DNA from: a virus
UHGV virus genome: UHGV-0392077
Strand: one strand, 5' to 3'
DNA: 38,618 bases
Below are positions 7,244 to 15,433 of the stretch, in pieces; the stretch's first letter is position 1, and each line of letters begins with the position of its first letter. The notes under the pieces were generated by a model. The model had not been told where the DNA came from and did no database searches. It worked only from the letters and a program-made list of their open reading frames with translations. Position numbers and translations under genes: made by a program.

Positions 7244-7456
7244 TTGAAGATAGTAACCAGAATGGAGGCCGCAAAAGCCGGGTTAAATCGCTATTTCACA
7301 GGAAAGCGGTGCCGTCACGGCCATCTCTCTGAAAGGTATGTTCTGAACGGAACATGTGTTGAATGTGCAATGAATAGCGCCAACCGCCATCGTAATGAAT
7401 TTGCTTGTGCACTAAAGAGTGCAAGAGGGGAAACCTATGGCAAGCAGCTGGATTAA
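7244..7456 (+). CDS. small Cys/His-rich (zinc-ribbon-like) protein
   Basis: 70 aa from TTG 7244 (AGGGG upstream); contains C-x-H-G-H ... C-x-E-C. Confidence 0.4.
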   Translation: MKIVTRMEAAKAGLNRYFTGKRCRHGHLSERYVLNGTCVECAMNSANRHRNEFACALKSARGETYGKQLD

Positions 7457-8267
7457 GGTTGAAGTTATCACTCCTGATAAACCTGAAATTTTTCAGATAG
7501 CAGAAATTCTGGGTATTGATCCAGATGCTGTTCTTGGAAAGCTGGTTCGTATATGGGCATGGGCTGACCAGCAAACAATAGACGGTAACGCTGGCAGCGT
7601 TACAAAAGGAGTACTTGATAGACTCGCTTTTATTACAGGATTTGCTGACGCCCTCATTAGCGTCGGATGGCTTGCTTATCATGACGGCAAACTAATTCTT
7701 CCAAACTTTGAGCGACACAATGGAGAATCATCGAAAAAACGTGCACTTACGAATAGAAGAGTGGCAGAGCATCGAAAACGAGTAACGCAAAAAGTAACGC
7801 CAACAGCGTTACAAAAGGAGTTACCAGAGGAAGAGGAAGAGGAAGATATATATAAAACCCCACACATAGCGCACGTGCGCGAGGGTGCTCCGACCAGTGA
7901 AGCGAACGGTATGCCGTTGCAGGTGGCTGAACCTGAATTTCTGGATGGCCTGAGTGAACCCATCGGGAAATTTCCGATGACCGATGGCTGGCATCCGTCG
8001 CCGGATTTTCGACGGCGTGCTGCGCTGTGGGGAACGGCCCTGCCGGAACCGGAATTTACACCTGCTGAACTTGCTGCATTCCGGGATTACTGGATGGCTG
8101 AGGGCAAAGTGTTCACGCAGGTTCAGTGGGAACAAAAATTCGCCAGGCACGTAAATCATATCAGGGGAAAATCAAAAAACGCCGGGAAAAGCGATGAGCT
8201 TGACTGGAATAACACTGACTGGATAGAAGGGGTGTGGGATGAAATCAACTCCAGAACTTCTCAATGA
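7437..8267 (+). CDS. replication initiation protein with DnaT-like C-terminal domain
   Basis: C-terminus GKFPMTDGWHPSPDFRRRAALWGTALPEPEFTPAELAAFRDYWMAEGKVFTQVQWEQKFARHV closely parallels the E. coli DnaT C-terminus as I recall it. ATG 7437 with SD-like AGAGGGG. Iteron-like repeats lie inside the gene. Confidence 0.7.
   Translation: MASSWIKVEVITPDKPEIFQIAEILGIDPDAVLGKLVRIWAWADQQTIDGNAGSVTKGVLDRLAFITGFADALISVGWLAYHDGKLILPNFERHNGESSKKRALTNRRVAEHRKRVTQKVTPTALQKELPEEEEEEDIYKTPHIAHVREGAPTSEANGMPLQVAEPEFLDGLSEPIGKFPMTDGWHPSPDFRRRAALWGTALPEPEFTPAELAAFRDYWMAEGKVFTQVQWEQKFARHVNHIRGKSKNAGKSDELDWNNTDWIEGVWDEINSRTSQ
7585..7860. repeat. iteron-like repeats plus AT-rich tract: candidate replication origin inside the initiator gene
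   Basis: GTAACGCT/AGCGTTAC inverted pair at 7585-7603; AGTAACGC at 7781 and 7793; 17-bp direct repeat AGCGTTACAAAAGGAGT at 7596-7612 and 7805-7821, read in different codon phases; then GAGGAAGAGGAAGAGGAAGA and TATATATAAAA (7845-7857). Confidence 0.35.
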
Positions 8268-9015
8268 GTACGATCGCTTACGTGAGCATGGTGTTGCTGT
8301 GCATGAAGAGCGGCGTGACAGCAATGGCAAAAAGGAGCAGGTCGCTAGAATTTTCAATGAACTATTTGTCCAGTTACAGGCTGCATTTCCTGCAAGCGTT
8401 TCGACCATAAGGGAGCAGAACAAACTTAATGAATTCCGTAAGCAATGGATGCTTGCGTTTCTGGAGAATGGGATCACTACAATGGAACAGGTTAACGCTG
8501 GTATGCGCTACGCCCGCGCCAGTGAATCTCCGTTCTGGCCGTCGCCAGGGCAATTTATCAAGTGGTGTAAAGACAGCAAGATGGTTCTTGGCGTCACCAT
8601 TGACGATGTGATGGCGGAGTTTCACCGGTACAGCAAGGAAAAAAGTTTATATCCTGGTGGTCCCGAAAGATTCCCGTGGCGGCATCCGGTTATGTACTGG
8701 GTCGTATGTGATACCCGCCGTGCAATGTATCAGCGCCAGCTTAGCGAGATTGAGGTTGAGAAACACGCGCGCAGGCTGCTCGATGATTGGGCGAAAAAGG
8801 TGGCTTCCGGGCAGCAGATACCAGATCCGGTGATCAGCATACAGGCAAAGCCAGAACCCATGAGTACGCCTCCGGACACAGGGAGAGACGTTTACCACCC
8901 GCCAGGGCGAAGTTTCGGGTGCATGCCTAACGCCGCCACCACGGGGGGAATAACACCGGCGCAGTGGCTGATGGAGGAATACAGGCGGGGAAAGGCGGCA
9001 GGATTTATCAAGTAA
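8239..9015 (+). CDS. lambda P-like replication protein (DnaB helicase loader)
   Basis: Segment QVARIFNELFVQLQAAFPASVSTIREQNKLNEFRKQWMLAFLENGITTMEQVNAGMRYARASESPFWPSPGQFIKWC is near-collinear with phage lambda P as recalled (…FPASLANRDQNEVNEIRRQWVLAFRENGITTMEQVNAGMRVARRQNRPFLPSPGQFVAWC…). Confidence 0.8.
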   Translation: MKSTPELLNEYDRLREHGVAVHEERRDSNGKKEQVARIFNELFVQLQAAFPASVSTIREQNKLNEFRKQWMLAFLENGITTMEQVNAGMRYARASESPFWPSPGQFIKWCKDSKMVLGVTIDDVMAEFHRYSKEKSLYPGGPERFPWRHPVMYWVVCDTRRAMYQRQLSEIEVEKHARRLLDDWAKKVASGQQIPDPVISIQAKPEPMSTPPDTGRDVYHPPGRSFGCMPNAATTGGITPAQWLMEEYRRGKAAGFIK

Positions 9016-9052
9016 TACCAGCGCGATAGCGCATTTTTTTACGTCTCAACAA

Positions 9053-9067
9053 TTACCTATCAGGTAA
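9053..9067. promoter_or_regulatory. operator-like palindrome ATTACC-tatca-GGTAAT
   Basis: Perfect 17-bp palindrome in the 117-bp gap after the P-like gene. Confidence 0.5.
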
Positions 9068-9114
9068 TAAAATATTCTAAACTCTATTGATTTCGTGTCT
9101 TATGTGGTTTTTAA

Positions 9115-9129
9115 TTACCTTAGAGGTGA
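9115..9129. promoter_or_regulatory. operator-like palindrome TTACC-ttaga-GGTGA
   Basis: Overlaps the SD region 4 nt upstream of ATG 9133. Confidence 0.45.
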
Positions 9130-9132
9130 ATC

Positions 9133-9477
9133 ATGAGAAAACAGATACAGGCTCTTGGTCGACTCAAAACAGGCCAGATGAACAAAACAGAATCTGCGTA
9201 TTGCCAGCACCTTGAGCTGCGTAAACGTGCAGGGGAAATCGCCTGGTATCGATTCGAGGGTATCAAGCTGCGGTTAGCTGACAACACGTTCTATACGCCA
9301 GATTTCGCAGTGATGCTCGCCACCGGAGAGATGGAACTGCACGAAGTGAAAGGTTTCTGGACCGATGACGCCAGGGTGAAAACCAAAGTCGCCGCAGATC
9401 AGTATCCGTTCCGAATCATCGGGGTAACGGTTAAACCAAAGAAAGCAGGTGGTGGCTGGAACATCGAAGAGTTCTGA
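9133..9477 (+). CDS. hypothetical protein, DUF1064-like (possible nuclease)
   Basis: 114 aa; the family assignment is from memory of the overall pattern (YTPDFAV ... HEVKG) and is unverified. Confidence 0.45.
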   Translation: MRKQIQALGRLKTGQMNKTESAYCQHLELRKRAGEIAWYRFEGIKLRLADNTFYTPDFAVMLATGEMELHEVKGFWTDDARVKTKVAADQYPFRIIGVTVKPKKAGGGWNIEEF

Positions 9478-9538
9478 ATCGACGATCTTTTTAGTTATCA
9501 ATGTAATCAATAAGTTATGTGGATAAGCGAGGGTAAAG

Positions 9539-10060
9539 ATGGAAAGTAATATCAAAGGGTTAGTTGCCGCCGGGCATGAGATGGCTTCGGAACTGAAAGC
9601 AGAATGTGGTGCCGTTGATATGCGTAGTGTGGCAAAGCTGCTCAGCGATTTTGCAACGCAACTGGAAGTGCAACTGGTGCGTGCTAATGCGCTGGCTGCG
9701 GAGAATGCGGGGCTGAAGTCGAACCTGATTTGCTGGGGCGGCGAAGATTCAGGGGCTGTCAGAAGTCCGCTTGATTACGCCCGTGCAGCCGGGCTGGAAT
9801 CTGGAGAGGAGTTTGAGATGCAAGTGGCAGCCAGAATGCCGAACCTGACTTATCGCGTTGTGTCGAATTCCCGATTCAGAACAACAATAGAACTGGTTGA
9901 CGGATCATTGCCGGAAACCCCAGCCACCAATGCTTTTCTGGCTGAAGTACGGGCGCAGGGGGTTGAGATGATGCGCGAACACCCATCAATCAAACTTTGC
10001 TCTTTGACGCACATATGTGACGAGTTCGCCGCCCAGCTTCGCAAAGGAGGCAACCAGTGA
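9539..10060 (+). CDS. hypothetical protein
   Basis: 173 aa ORF with an SD-like GAGGG upstream; no recognisable motif. Confidence 0.45.
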   Translation: MESNIKGLVAAGHEMASELKAECGAVDMRSVAKLLSDFATQLEVQLVRANALAAENAGLKSNLICWGGEDSGAVRSPLDYARAAGLESGEEFEMQVAARMPNLTYRVVSNSRFRTTIELVDGSLPETPATNAFLAEVRAQGVEMMREHPSIKLCSLTHICDEFAAQLRKGGNQ

Positions 10061-10683
10061 GCAAGATTGACTATCAGGCACTGCGTGAAAAGGCAGAGAA
10101 AGCAACGTGTGGGGTGTGGTCGCTCGAATATGGAGAGAGCCGATTTGATTGTGATGATGCGCTAATTCATCGTGACGTTGTTGGATATCTTCCCATTTGC
10201 AGAATTGAAGGAGCGCATCCAGAAAGCGGTTTCGATGAAGATTTCCAAATGGAACAGCAGGCCAATGCTGAATTCATCGCCGCAGTCAATCCAGCTACCG
10301 TCTTGGCGCTGCTGGATGAACGGGGAATCCCAAAACAAGCTATTGCAGAACTGGAGAAAAGCGAAGAGCAACTCATTAACGAGCGTGACCATGCTGAGTC
10401 TGCTTTAGATGATATGTACTTTGCAGCAACCGGTAACAGGCCGGAGTGGAGCAACTGGTTCGGCTTTTCAGATGCTGTCGATGCCGTGGTTGACAGAATT
10501 GCTGATTTAGAAGCTCAACAGCCATCGCCAGTAGTACCGGAAGGACTGGTTAAAGCAGTGCGCTTCTATGAACAGGTTAAGCGTGAAAATCCGCCAGTCG
10601 AAACCGGAGCATGGAAAGACGCTGTTGACTGGGTGCTCAAAGAGGCTTGCCAGGTTGTAAACACTGGCATCAAAGGAGAGTGA
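10057..10683 (+). CDS. Ead/Ea22-like protein (putative)
   Basis: GTG 10057 overlaps the upstream stop (GTGA) and follows AAAGGAGG. N-terminus IDYQALREKAEKATCGVW and acidic coiled-coil-like middle resemble Ead/Ea22-family prophage proteins. Confidence 0.45.
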   Translation: MSKIDYQALREKAEKATCGVWSLEYGESRFDCDDALIHRDVVGYLPICRIEGAHPESGFDEDFQMEQQANAEFIAAVNPATVLALLDERGIPKQAIAELEKSEEQLINERDHAESALDDMYFAATGNRPEWSNWFGFSDAVDAVVDRIADLEAQQPSPVVPEGLVKAVRFYEQVKRENPPVETGAWKDAVDWVLKEACQVVNTGIKGE

Positions 10684-10684
10684 T

Positions 10685-11200
10685 ATGGCGTTAACACACC
10701 GCGAACTCTGTCAGATTGCGTACAAGTTCCTTAAGCGCAACGGTTTCAAGGTTTGTTTTCATGACCGCTTTATAGCTGTAACCAGTACCGGAGAACAGCC
10801 AGATGCTATGGGATTCAGAAATTCAGCATCATGCCTGATAGAGGCGAAGTGTTCTCGTGCTGACTTGTTAGCAGATAGAAAAAAGCGTTTTCGTAAAAAT
10901 CCGTCTCTTGGAATGGGCGACTGGCGATTCTTTATTAGTGAGCCGGGAATTATTTCAATTGAGGATTTACCACCTGGCTGGGGATTACTTCACGTTGTTA
11001 ACGGAAGAGTACGGAAAGTACATGGGTGGCCCAAGGGTAATTGCTGTTGGGGTAATCCTGACGATAAGCCATTTACTGGGAATAAGCAGGTTGAATGCGA
11101 TTACATGTTATCTGCATTAAGGCGCATGGAGTTGAGAGGGCACCTTAATGAAATATATGACGGTGTAATTGTTAATAAGAAAGAAGGAAACGCGGCATGA
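10685..11200 (+). CDS. hypothetical protein with PD-(D/E)xK-like motif
   Basis: 171 aa; D...IEAK arrangement (DAMGF...CLIEAKCS) suggestive of a restriction-endonuclease-like fold; unverified. Confidence 0.4.
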   Translation: MALTHRELCQIAYKFLKRNGFKVCFHDRFIAVTSTGEQPDAMGFRNSASCLIEAKCSRADLLADRKKRFRKNPSLGMGDWRFFISEPGIISIEDLPPGWGLLHVVNGRVRKVHGWPKGNCCWGNPDDKPFTGNKQVECDYMLSALRRMELRGHLNEIYDGVIVNKKEGNAA

Positions 11201-12081
11201 TCACTATTACCAATAGCAAACTAACAGACGAATACGTTTCAAATGCAACGTTGATTCGGCTCATTCTGTGGGCTGACCAGCACAATAGCCATTATGTTGT
11301 AGCGGCTCTGCGCGAGCTACAGGAGCGCCGCAAGGCTGATAGTGTGCCTGTAGAAGTCAACGACGACATGGCTTACGCATTCCATCACGCACTGTCAGAT
11401 TCATCGCTAGGCGCTGATGAAGTAGAGGAAATTAAGGCCGGTTTGCGTGCTGCCTTTGCCAATGTCACCGTCCAGCCGGTGCTGATAGTGCCGGATGAAA
11501 TCGAGCCAGACGATAGCAATACGTTTGATTATGTTGATGGCTGGAACGCCTGCCGCGCCGCCATGCTTCAGGCTGGAAACTTTCGGGAAAATAAGGATTC
11601 GCCAACCAATAATTTTCGGGAAATCTCGGAAACGTCAACCAACTATCCGGTAATTCCTAGTGAGGTGTTGTCCGCAATCCAGAAGGTTGCCAAGATTCGT
11701 GCCGATTTCGATGATTTTGACGGTGACAGGCGAGGTATCGGTGATTGTCTGGATGAGGCTGAGCAAGAGCTTATCGTTACCATTAACAAATATGCCAGTC
11801 AGTTGGCAGCAGAACCTATAGCGCCTAATGACGTTCGAGAGCAGACAGCCATTCCGCAAGTTCCGGTAACTCCGGATAGTTGGATAAGCTGTAGTGAGCG
11901 AATGCCAGATGATGGTCAGCACGTAATTATTTTATGTGATGGCGCATTCGTTCTTTATGCGCAATATCGAGACGGTGAGTTTTTTGATGTTGTCCGCAAT
12001 GGTGAGGAGTTCTTCGAAACGCAGAGCCGCAATGTAACCCACTGGATGCCGCTACCAGAACCGCCGCAGGAGGTGAAGTGA
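11197..12081 (+). CDS. Ead/Ea22-like protein with DUF551-like C-terminus (putative)
   Basis: 294 aa; C-terminus WISCSERMPDDGQHVIIL...YAQYRDGEFF...THWMPLPEPP resembles the DUF551 module common in prophage early regions. Confidence 0.45.
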   Translation: MITITNSKLTDEYVSNATLIRLILWADQHNSHYVVAALRELQERRKADSVPVEVNDDMAYAFHHALSDSSLGADEVEEIKAGLRAAFANVTVQPVLIVPDEIEPDDSNTFDYVDGWNACRAAMLQAGNFRENKDSPTNNFREISETSTNYPVIPSEVLSAIQKVAKIRADFDDFDGDRRGIGDCLDEAEQELIVTINKYASQLAAEPIAPNDVREQTAIPQVPVTPDSWISCSERMPDDGQHVIILCDGAFVLYAQYRDGEFFDVVRNGEEFFETQSRNVTHWMPLPEPPQEVK

Positions 12082-12365
12082 TGGACTCCTTCGCGAAATA
12101 TACGATTATTGACTGGATAGCCTTCCTTCAGGTTTTGCTCATCTGGTTTTATATGGCTTACAGGAGTGGACAGTGGATTGTCAGTGTAGCCTGTAGCAAG
12201 GGATGGCGTTGGTGGAACCGAAAGAATAAAAAAGCACTGGCATTGGATTCGTTTTACGAAGCATTCAATCTTAACAGCCTTCAGCCTGGTTCTGTCATTG
12301 TAGTCACCACTCAAAGCGGCATGACGATACAAATTCACAAGCCAAAGGAGGAAGGTCGTGGCTAA
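12081..12365 (+). CDS. hypothetical membrane protein
   Basis: ATG 12081, 7 nt after AGGAGG; N-terminal hydrophobic helix (IIDWIAFLQVLLIWFYMAY). Confidence 0.45.
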   Translation: MDSFAKYTIIDWIAFLQVLLIWFYMAYRSGQWIVSVACSKGWRWWNRKNKKALALDSFYEAFNLNSLQPGSVIVVTTQSGMTIQIHKPKEEGRG

Positions 12366-12639
12366 CCTGCAACTTGCCGTTAAAGGTGAATACTTCGATG
12401 CCATGATTCGCGGGGAGAAAACGGAAGAGTATCGCCTGTGTAATGACTACTGGAATAAGCGAATTATGTTACGGGTGTATGACCGTCTGATTATCACAAA
12501 GGGATATCCGAAGCGCGACGATTCCAGTCGCAGAATTGATGTTCCGTATGGCGGATATGAAATAAAGACAATCACACATCCCCACTTCGGCGATAAACCG
12601 GTAAAGGTGTTCGCGATAAAGGTAAATATTGATGGCTAA
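12358..12639 (+). CDS. ASCH/DUF3850-like small protein (putative)
   Basis: GTG 12358 after AAGGAGGAAGG; VKGEYFDAMIRGEKTEEYRLCND pattern resembles ASCH-type domains. Confidence 0.4.
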   Translation: MANLQLAVKGEYFDAMIRGEKTEEYRLCNDYWNKRIMLRVYDRLIITKGYPKRDDSSRRIDVPYGGYEIKTITHPHFGDKPVKVFAIKVNIDG

Positions 12640-12970
12640 ATCAGCAGCAGAGCGCAAAGCCGCTCAGAGAGCCAGACAAGCTGCATCTGGTGTGCGTAAG
12701 CTGGAGATTGTGCTTGATGCTCAGGAAATTGAAATGCTGGAGCGTAACTGTGCCACGCGTCGCCCCGGGCATGCGCCTTACGAATTTGGTGAGTATATAG
12801 CGTTACTGATCCGCCAGGATGATGCACGCGTGCGCGGGCGTATAAAATCGATCAGCAGAAAACGTTGCGGTAAGTGCGGCGAGAGAGTTCCAGTTAATTC
12901 ATGCCCGTGTAATGGTGACTCGCAATGCTGGGTGACTAAAGGCTGGCATGAAACGAAATTAATAGTGTGA
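12632..12970 (+). CDS. hypothetical DNA-binding-like protein with C-terminal Cys cluster; candidate late regulator
   Basis: Basic N-terminus AKSAAERKAAQRARQAASGVRKLEIVLDAQEIEMLE and C-terminal C-G-K-C ... C-P-C-N-G; last gene before the late-operon junction. Function inferred from position only. Confidence 0.4.
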   Translation: MAKSAAERKAAQRARQAASGVRKLEIVLDAQEIEMLERNCATRRPGHAPYEFGEYIALLIRQDDARVRGRIKSISRKRCGKCGERVPVNSCPCNGDSQCWVTKGWHETKLIV

Positions 12971-12978
12971 CATGTCAC
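12967..12978. repeat. perfect 12-bp palindrome GTGACATGTCAC (copy 1 of 3)
   Basis: Exact string; contains the TGA stop of the upstream gene; followed by GAAGGTGTTAT. Confidence 0.9.
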
Positions 12979-12987
12979 GAAGGTGTT

Positions 12988-13200
12988 ATGCCAAAAATAC
13001 GCTACGACCTTGAAGATATGAGAGATAACTCAGCAAATTTTCCGAAAGAGGTTAAATTTCTCATGCATAAGTATGGTTGCGCCAGGAGGGATATAGTTAT
13101 CGACAGTCAGCACCCTTGCGGCGAGGATGTAATTTTCATTCGCGGTAAATGGGAAGGGTATCTTGACGAGAGTTTTTACGATGAATTTGATGGACTTTGA
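12988..13200 (+). CDS. hypothetical small protein (70 aa)
   Basis: ATG 12988 with AAGGTG upstream; could alternatively be part of a late-operon leader. Confidence 0.35.
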   Translation: MPKIRYDLEDMRDNSANFPKEVKFLMHKYGCARRDIVIDSQHPCGEDVIFIRGKWEGYLDESFYDEFDGL

Positions 13201-13205
13201 ATACT

Positions 13206-13231
13206 GCCGCCAACTATGGCGGCTTTATTTT
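13206..13231 (+). terminator. rho-independent terminator immediately upstream of the terminase genes
   Basis: GCCGCC-AACTAT-GGCGGC followed by TTTATTTT. Confidence 0.6.
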
Positions 13232-13242
13232 GCATGGTACTA

Positions 13243-13257
13243 TTACCACAACGGTAA
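13243..13257. promoter_or_regulatory. operator-like palindrome TTACC-acaac-GGTAA (plus imperfect TTACC-acggt-GGTTA at 13261-13275)
   Basis: Between the terminator and the terminase small-subunit start. Confidence 0.5.
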
Positions 13258-13274
13258 CAATTACCACGGTGGTT

Positions 13275-13871
13275 ATGATGCCTGCTGAACCTAAAACCTA
13301 TAAACGCAAATCAACGCAATTTAAGCCGCTCACAGCAATGCAGGAGGCTTATTGCCAGTCATACATCAAAACGCCTGAAAACCAGACTCAGGCAGCGATT
13401 AACGCAGGATTCTCCCCAAATACAGCGGCAGTTAAAGCCAGTGTCATGATGCGCGATGAACGCATTCAAAAACGGATTGCCGAGCTGATGGAAGAGCGCA
13501 ACAAACGAATGCGCGTCAGTGCCGATTACGTTCTCATGCGCCTGGTGGAGATCGACCAGATGGACGTGATTGATATCCTCAACGACGATGGGAGCCTTAA
13601 GCCAATCCGCGAGTGGCCGAAAATCTGGCGCACTACGCTTAGTGGCTTTGATCTGTCATCGACCATCATGAACATGAACGAGGATTCGATAGAGACAATC
13701 CTCAAAAAAATTAAATGGCCTGACAAGGTGAAGAACCTCGAACTGATTGGTAAGCACGTCGACGTCAACGCATTCAAAGAACGCCTGGATGTTAATGTGA
13801 ATGTGACAATTGCTGATCGCATAGCGGCAGCCAGGAAGCGACTCAAAGAACGTCAGGATGGTAATCAGTGA
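13275..13871 (+). CDS. terS: terminase small subunit
   Basis: LTAMQEAYCQSYIKTPENQTQAAINAGFSPNTAAVKASVMMRDERIQKRIAELMEER matches the HTH-containing small-terminase pattern (Terminase_2/P27-like, as recalled). Start moved to ATG 13275 because the ORF-track N-terminus translates the terminator and operator. Confidence 0.7.
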   Translation: MMPAEPKTYKRKSTQFKPLTAMQEAYCQSYIKTPENQTQAAINAGFSPNTAAVKASVMMRDERIQKRIAELMEERNKRMRVSADYVLMRLVEIDQMDVIDILNDDGSLKPIREWPKIWRTTLSGFDLSSTIMNMNEDSIETILKKIKWPDKVKNLELIGKHVDVNAFKERLDVNVNVTIADRIAAARKRLKERQDGNQ

Positions 13872-15343
13872 CAGATACAGCGTTATCTCCTGAAGAGCAG
13901 TTGATCGAGGATATTGCAGGGTTCACTCACGATCCGCTTGGCTATGCCCTCTATGCGTTCCCGTGGGGGGAAGAGGGGACTGAACTGGCACATGCCACCG
14001 GCCCACGTCAGTGGCAGGCTGATGCGTTCCGAGAGATACGTGATCACCTGCAGAATCCAGAGACGCGCTATCAGCCGCTTATGCTGGCACGCGCTTCTGG
14101 TCACGGTATTGGTAAATCCGCATTCATCTCAATGCTGATCAACTGGGGCATGTCCACTTGCGAGGATTGTAAGGTCGTGGTGACCGCCAACACCGACAAC
14201 CAGCTACGAACGAAGACCTGGCCGGAAATTATCAAGTGGTCAAACCTTGCTATCACGAAAGACTGGTTTACCTGTACCGCTACCGCGATGTACAGCAATG
14301 ACCCTGGGCACGACAAGCGGTGGCGAGCTGACGCAATCCCCTGGTCTGAGCACAACACTGAGGCATTCGCCGGACTACACAACGAGCGCAAACGCATCAT
14401 CGTGGTATTCGATGAAGCGTCGAATATTGCCGATCTTGTGTGGGAGGTAGCAGAGGGTGCGTTGACGGACGAAGACACCGAAATCATCTGGGTGGCGTTC
14501 GGGAACCCGACGCGTAACACCGGGCGTTTCCGTGAATGTTTCCGCAAGTACAAACACCGCTGGAAGTGTGCGCAGATTGACAGCCGGACGGTGGAAGGCA
14601 CTAACAAACAGCAGTTGCAGAAATGGGTTGATGACTACGGGGAAGACAGCGACTTCGTTAAAATCCGTGTGCGCGGCATATTCCCGGATGCATCTGAATT
14701 GCAGTTTATCCCTACCGGTCTTACTGATGAGGCAATGAAACGGGTGGTAACCGCTGCGCAGGTTGCACATGCTCCGGTGATAATCGGCGTTGACCCGGCA
14801 TACTCCGGTGTTGATGACGCGGTGATATACCTGCGGCAGGGGCTGCACAGTAAGGTGCTGTGGACTGGTAACAAGACCACCGACGATCTGATTATGGCGA
14901 AGCGCATCGCTGACTTTGAAGACCAGTATCAGGCTGACGCGGTATTCATCGACTTCGGTTACGGAACCGGTTTGAAGTCAATCGGTGATGGCTGGGGACG
15001 TACATGGCAACTTGTTCCGTTCGGTGGCGCGTCTACTGACCCGCAGATGCTCAACAAGCGTGGGGAGATGTTCAACTCATGTAAGACATGGCTGAGGCTG
15101 GGCGGCATGCTGGATGACCAGGAAACTGCAGACGACCTGTCGGCGGCAGAGTACAAAGTTCGAGTGGACGGTAAAATCGTTATCGAACCGAAGGAAGATA
15201 TCAAAGAGCGACTTGGGCGTTCACCTGGTAAAGGCGATGCGCTACTGCTGACGTTTGCGTTCCCTGTGTCAAAGCGTCTGCTAATTCCCGGGCAGCAGAA
15301 CCAGCAAGGCAAGGCCATCACAGATTACGATCCCTATGCTTAA
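13868..15343 (+). CDS. terL: terminase large subunit
   Basis: 491 aa; GTG 13868 overlaps the terS stop (GTGA). Walker-A-like ASGHGIGKSA and VVFDEASNI (Walker-B-like); size and position typical. Confidence 0.8.
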   Translation: MTDTALSPEEQLIEDIAGFTHDPLGYALYAFPWGEEGTELAHATGPRQWQADAFREIRDHLQNPETRYQPLMLARASGHGIGKSAFISMLINWGMSTCEDCKVVVTANTDNQLRTKTWPEIIKWSNLAITKDWFTCTATAMYSNDPGHDKRWRADAIPWSEHNTEAFAGLHNERKRIIVVFDEASNIADLVWEVAEGALTDEDTEIIWVAFGNPTRNTGRFRECFRKYKHRWKCAQIDSRTVEGTNKQQLQKWVDDYGEDSDFVKIRVRGIFPDASELQFIPTGLTDEAMKRVVTAAQVAHAPVIIGVDPAYSGVDDAVIYLRQGLHSKVLWTGNKTTDDLIMAKRIADFEDQYQADAVFIDFGYGTGLKSIGDGWGRTWQLVPFGGASTDPQMLNKRGEMFNSCKTWLRLGGMLDDQETADDLSAAEYKVRVDGKIVIEPKEDIKERLGRSPGKGDALLLTFAFPVSKRLLIPGQQNQQGKAITDYDPYA

Positions 15344-15370
15344 TCCGTTGGAGGGGATAATGCTGCTGAT

Positions 15371-15420
15371 ATCCTCTGATGAGGATAAAACAAAGCCAGC
15401 TCATCGGCTGGCTGTTTGTG
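15371..15420. terminator. bidirectional terminator region between terL (+) and the minus-strand moron gene
   Basis: Two adjacent hairpins (ATCCTC-TGAT-GAGGAT; AGCCAGC-TCATCG-GCTGGCT) with T-rich runs on both strands. Confidence 0.45.
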
Positions 15421-15429
15421 ACATGTCAC
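15418..15429. repeat. perfect 12-bp palindrome GTGACATGTCAC (copy 2 of 3)
   Basis: Exact string, followed by GGTGTTATT; abuts the terminator hairpin and lies 5 nt beyond the stop of gene 15434..15808. Confidence 0.9.
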
Positions 15430-15433
15430 GGTG

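Noticed and set aside
7825-7845. GAGGAAGAGGAAGAGGAAGA considered as a microsatellite or CRISPR-like repeat
   Set aside because: It is a coding Glu run (EEEEEE) inside the initiator gene; no spacer/repeat architecture. No CRISPR arrays, IS elements or transposases were seen anywhere in the window.
13197-13274. N-terminal extension of the terminase small-subunit ORF (MNTAANYGGFILHGTITTTVTITTVV)
   Set aside because: It translates the intrinsic terminator and two operator palindromes; low-complexity Thr/Val run; ATG 13275 is the plausible start.
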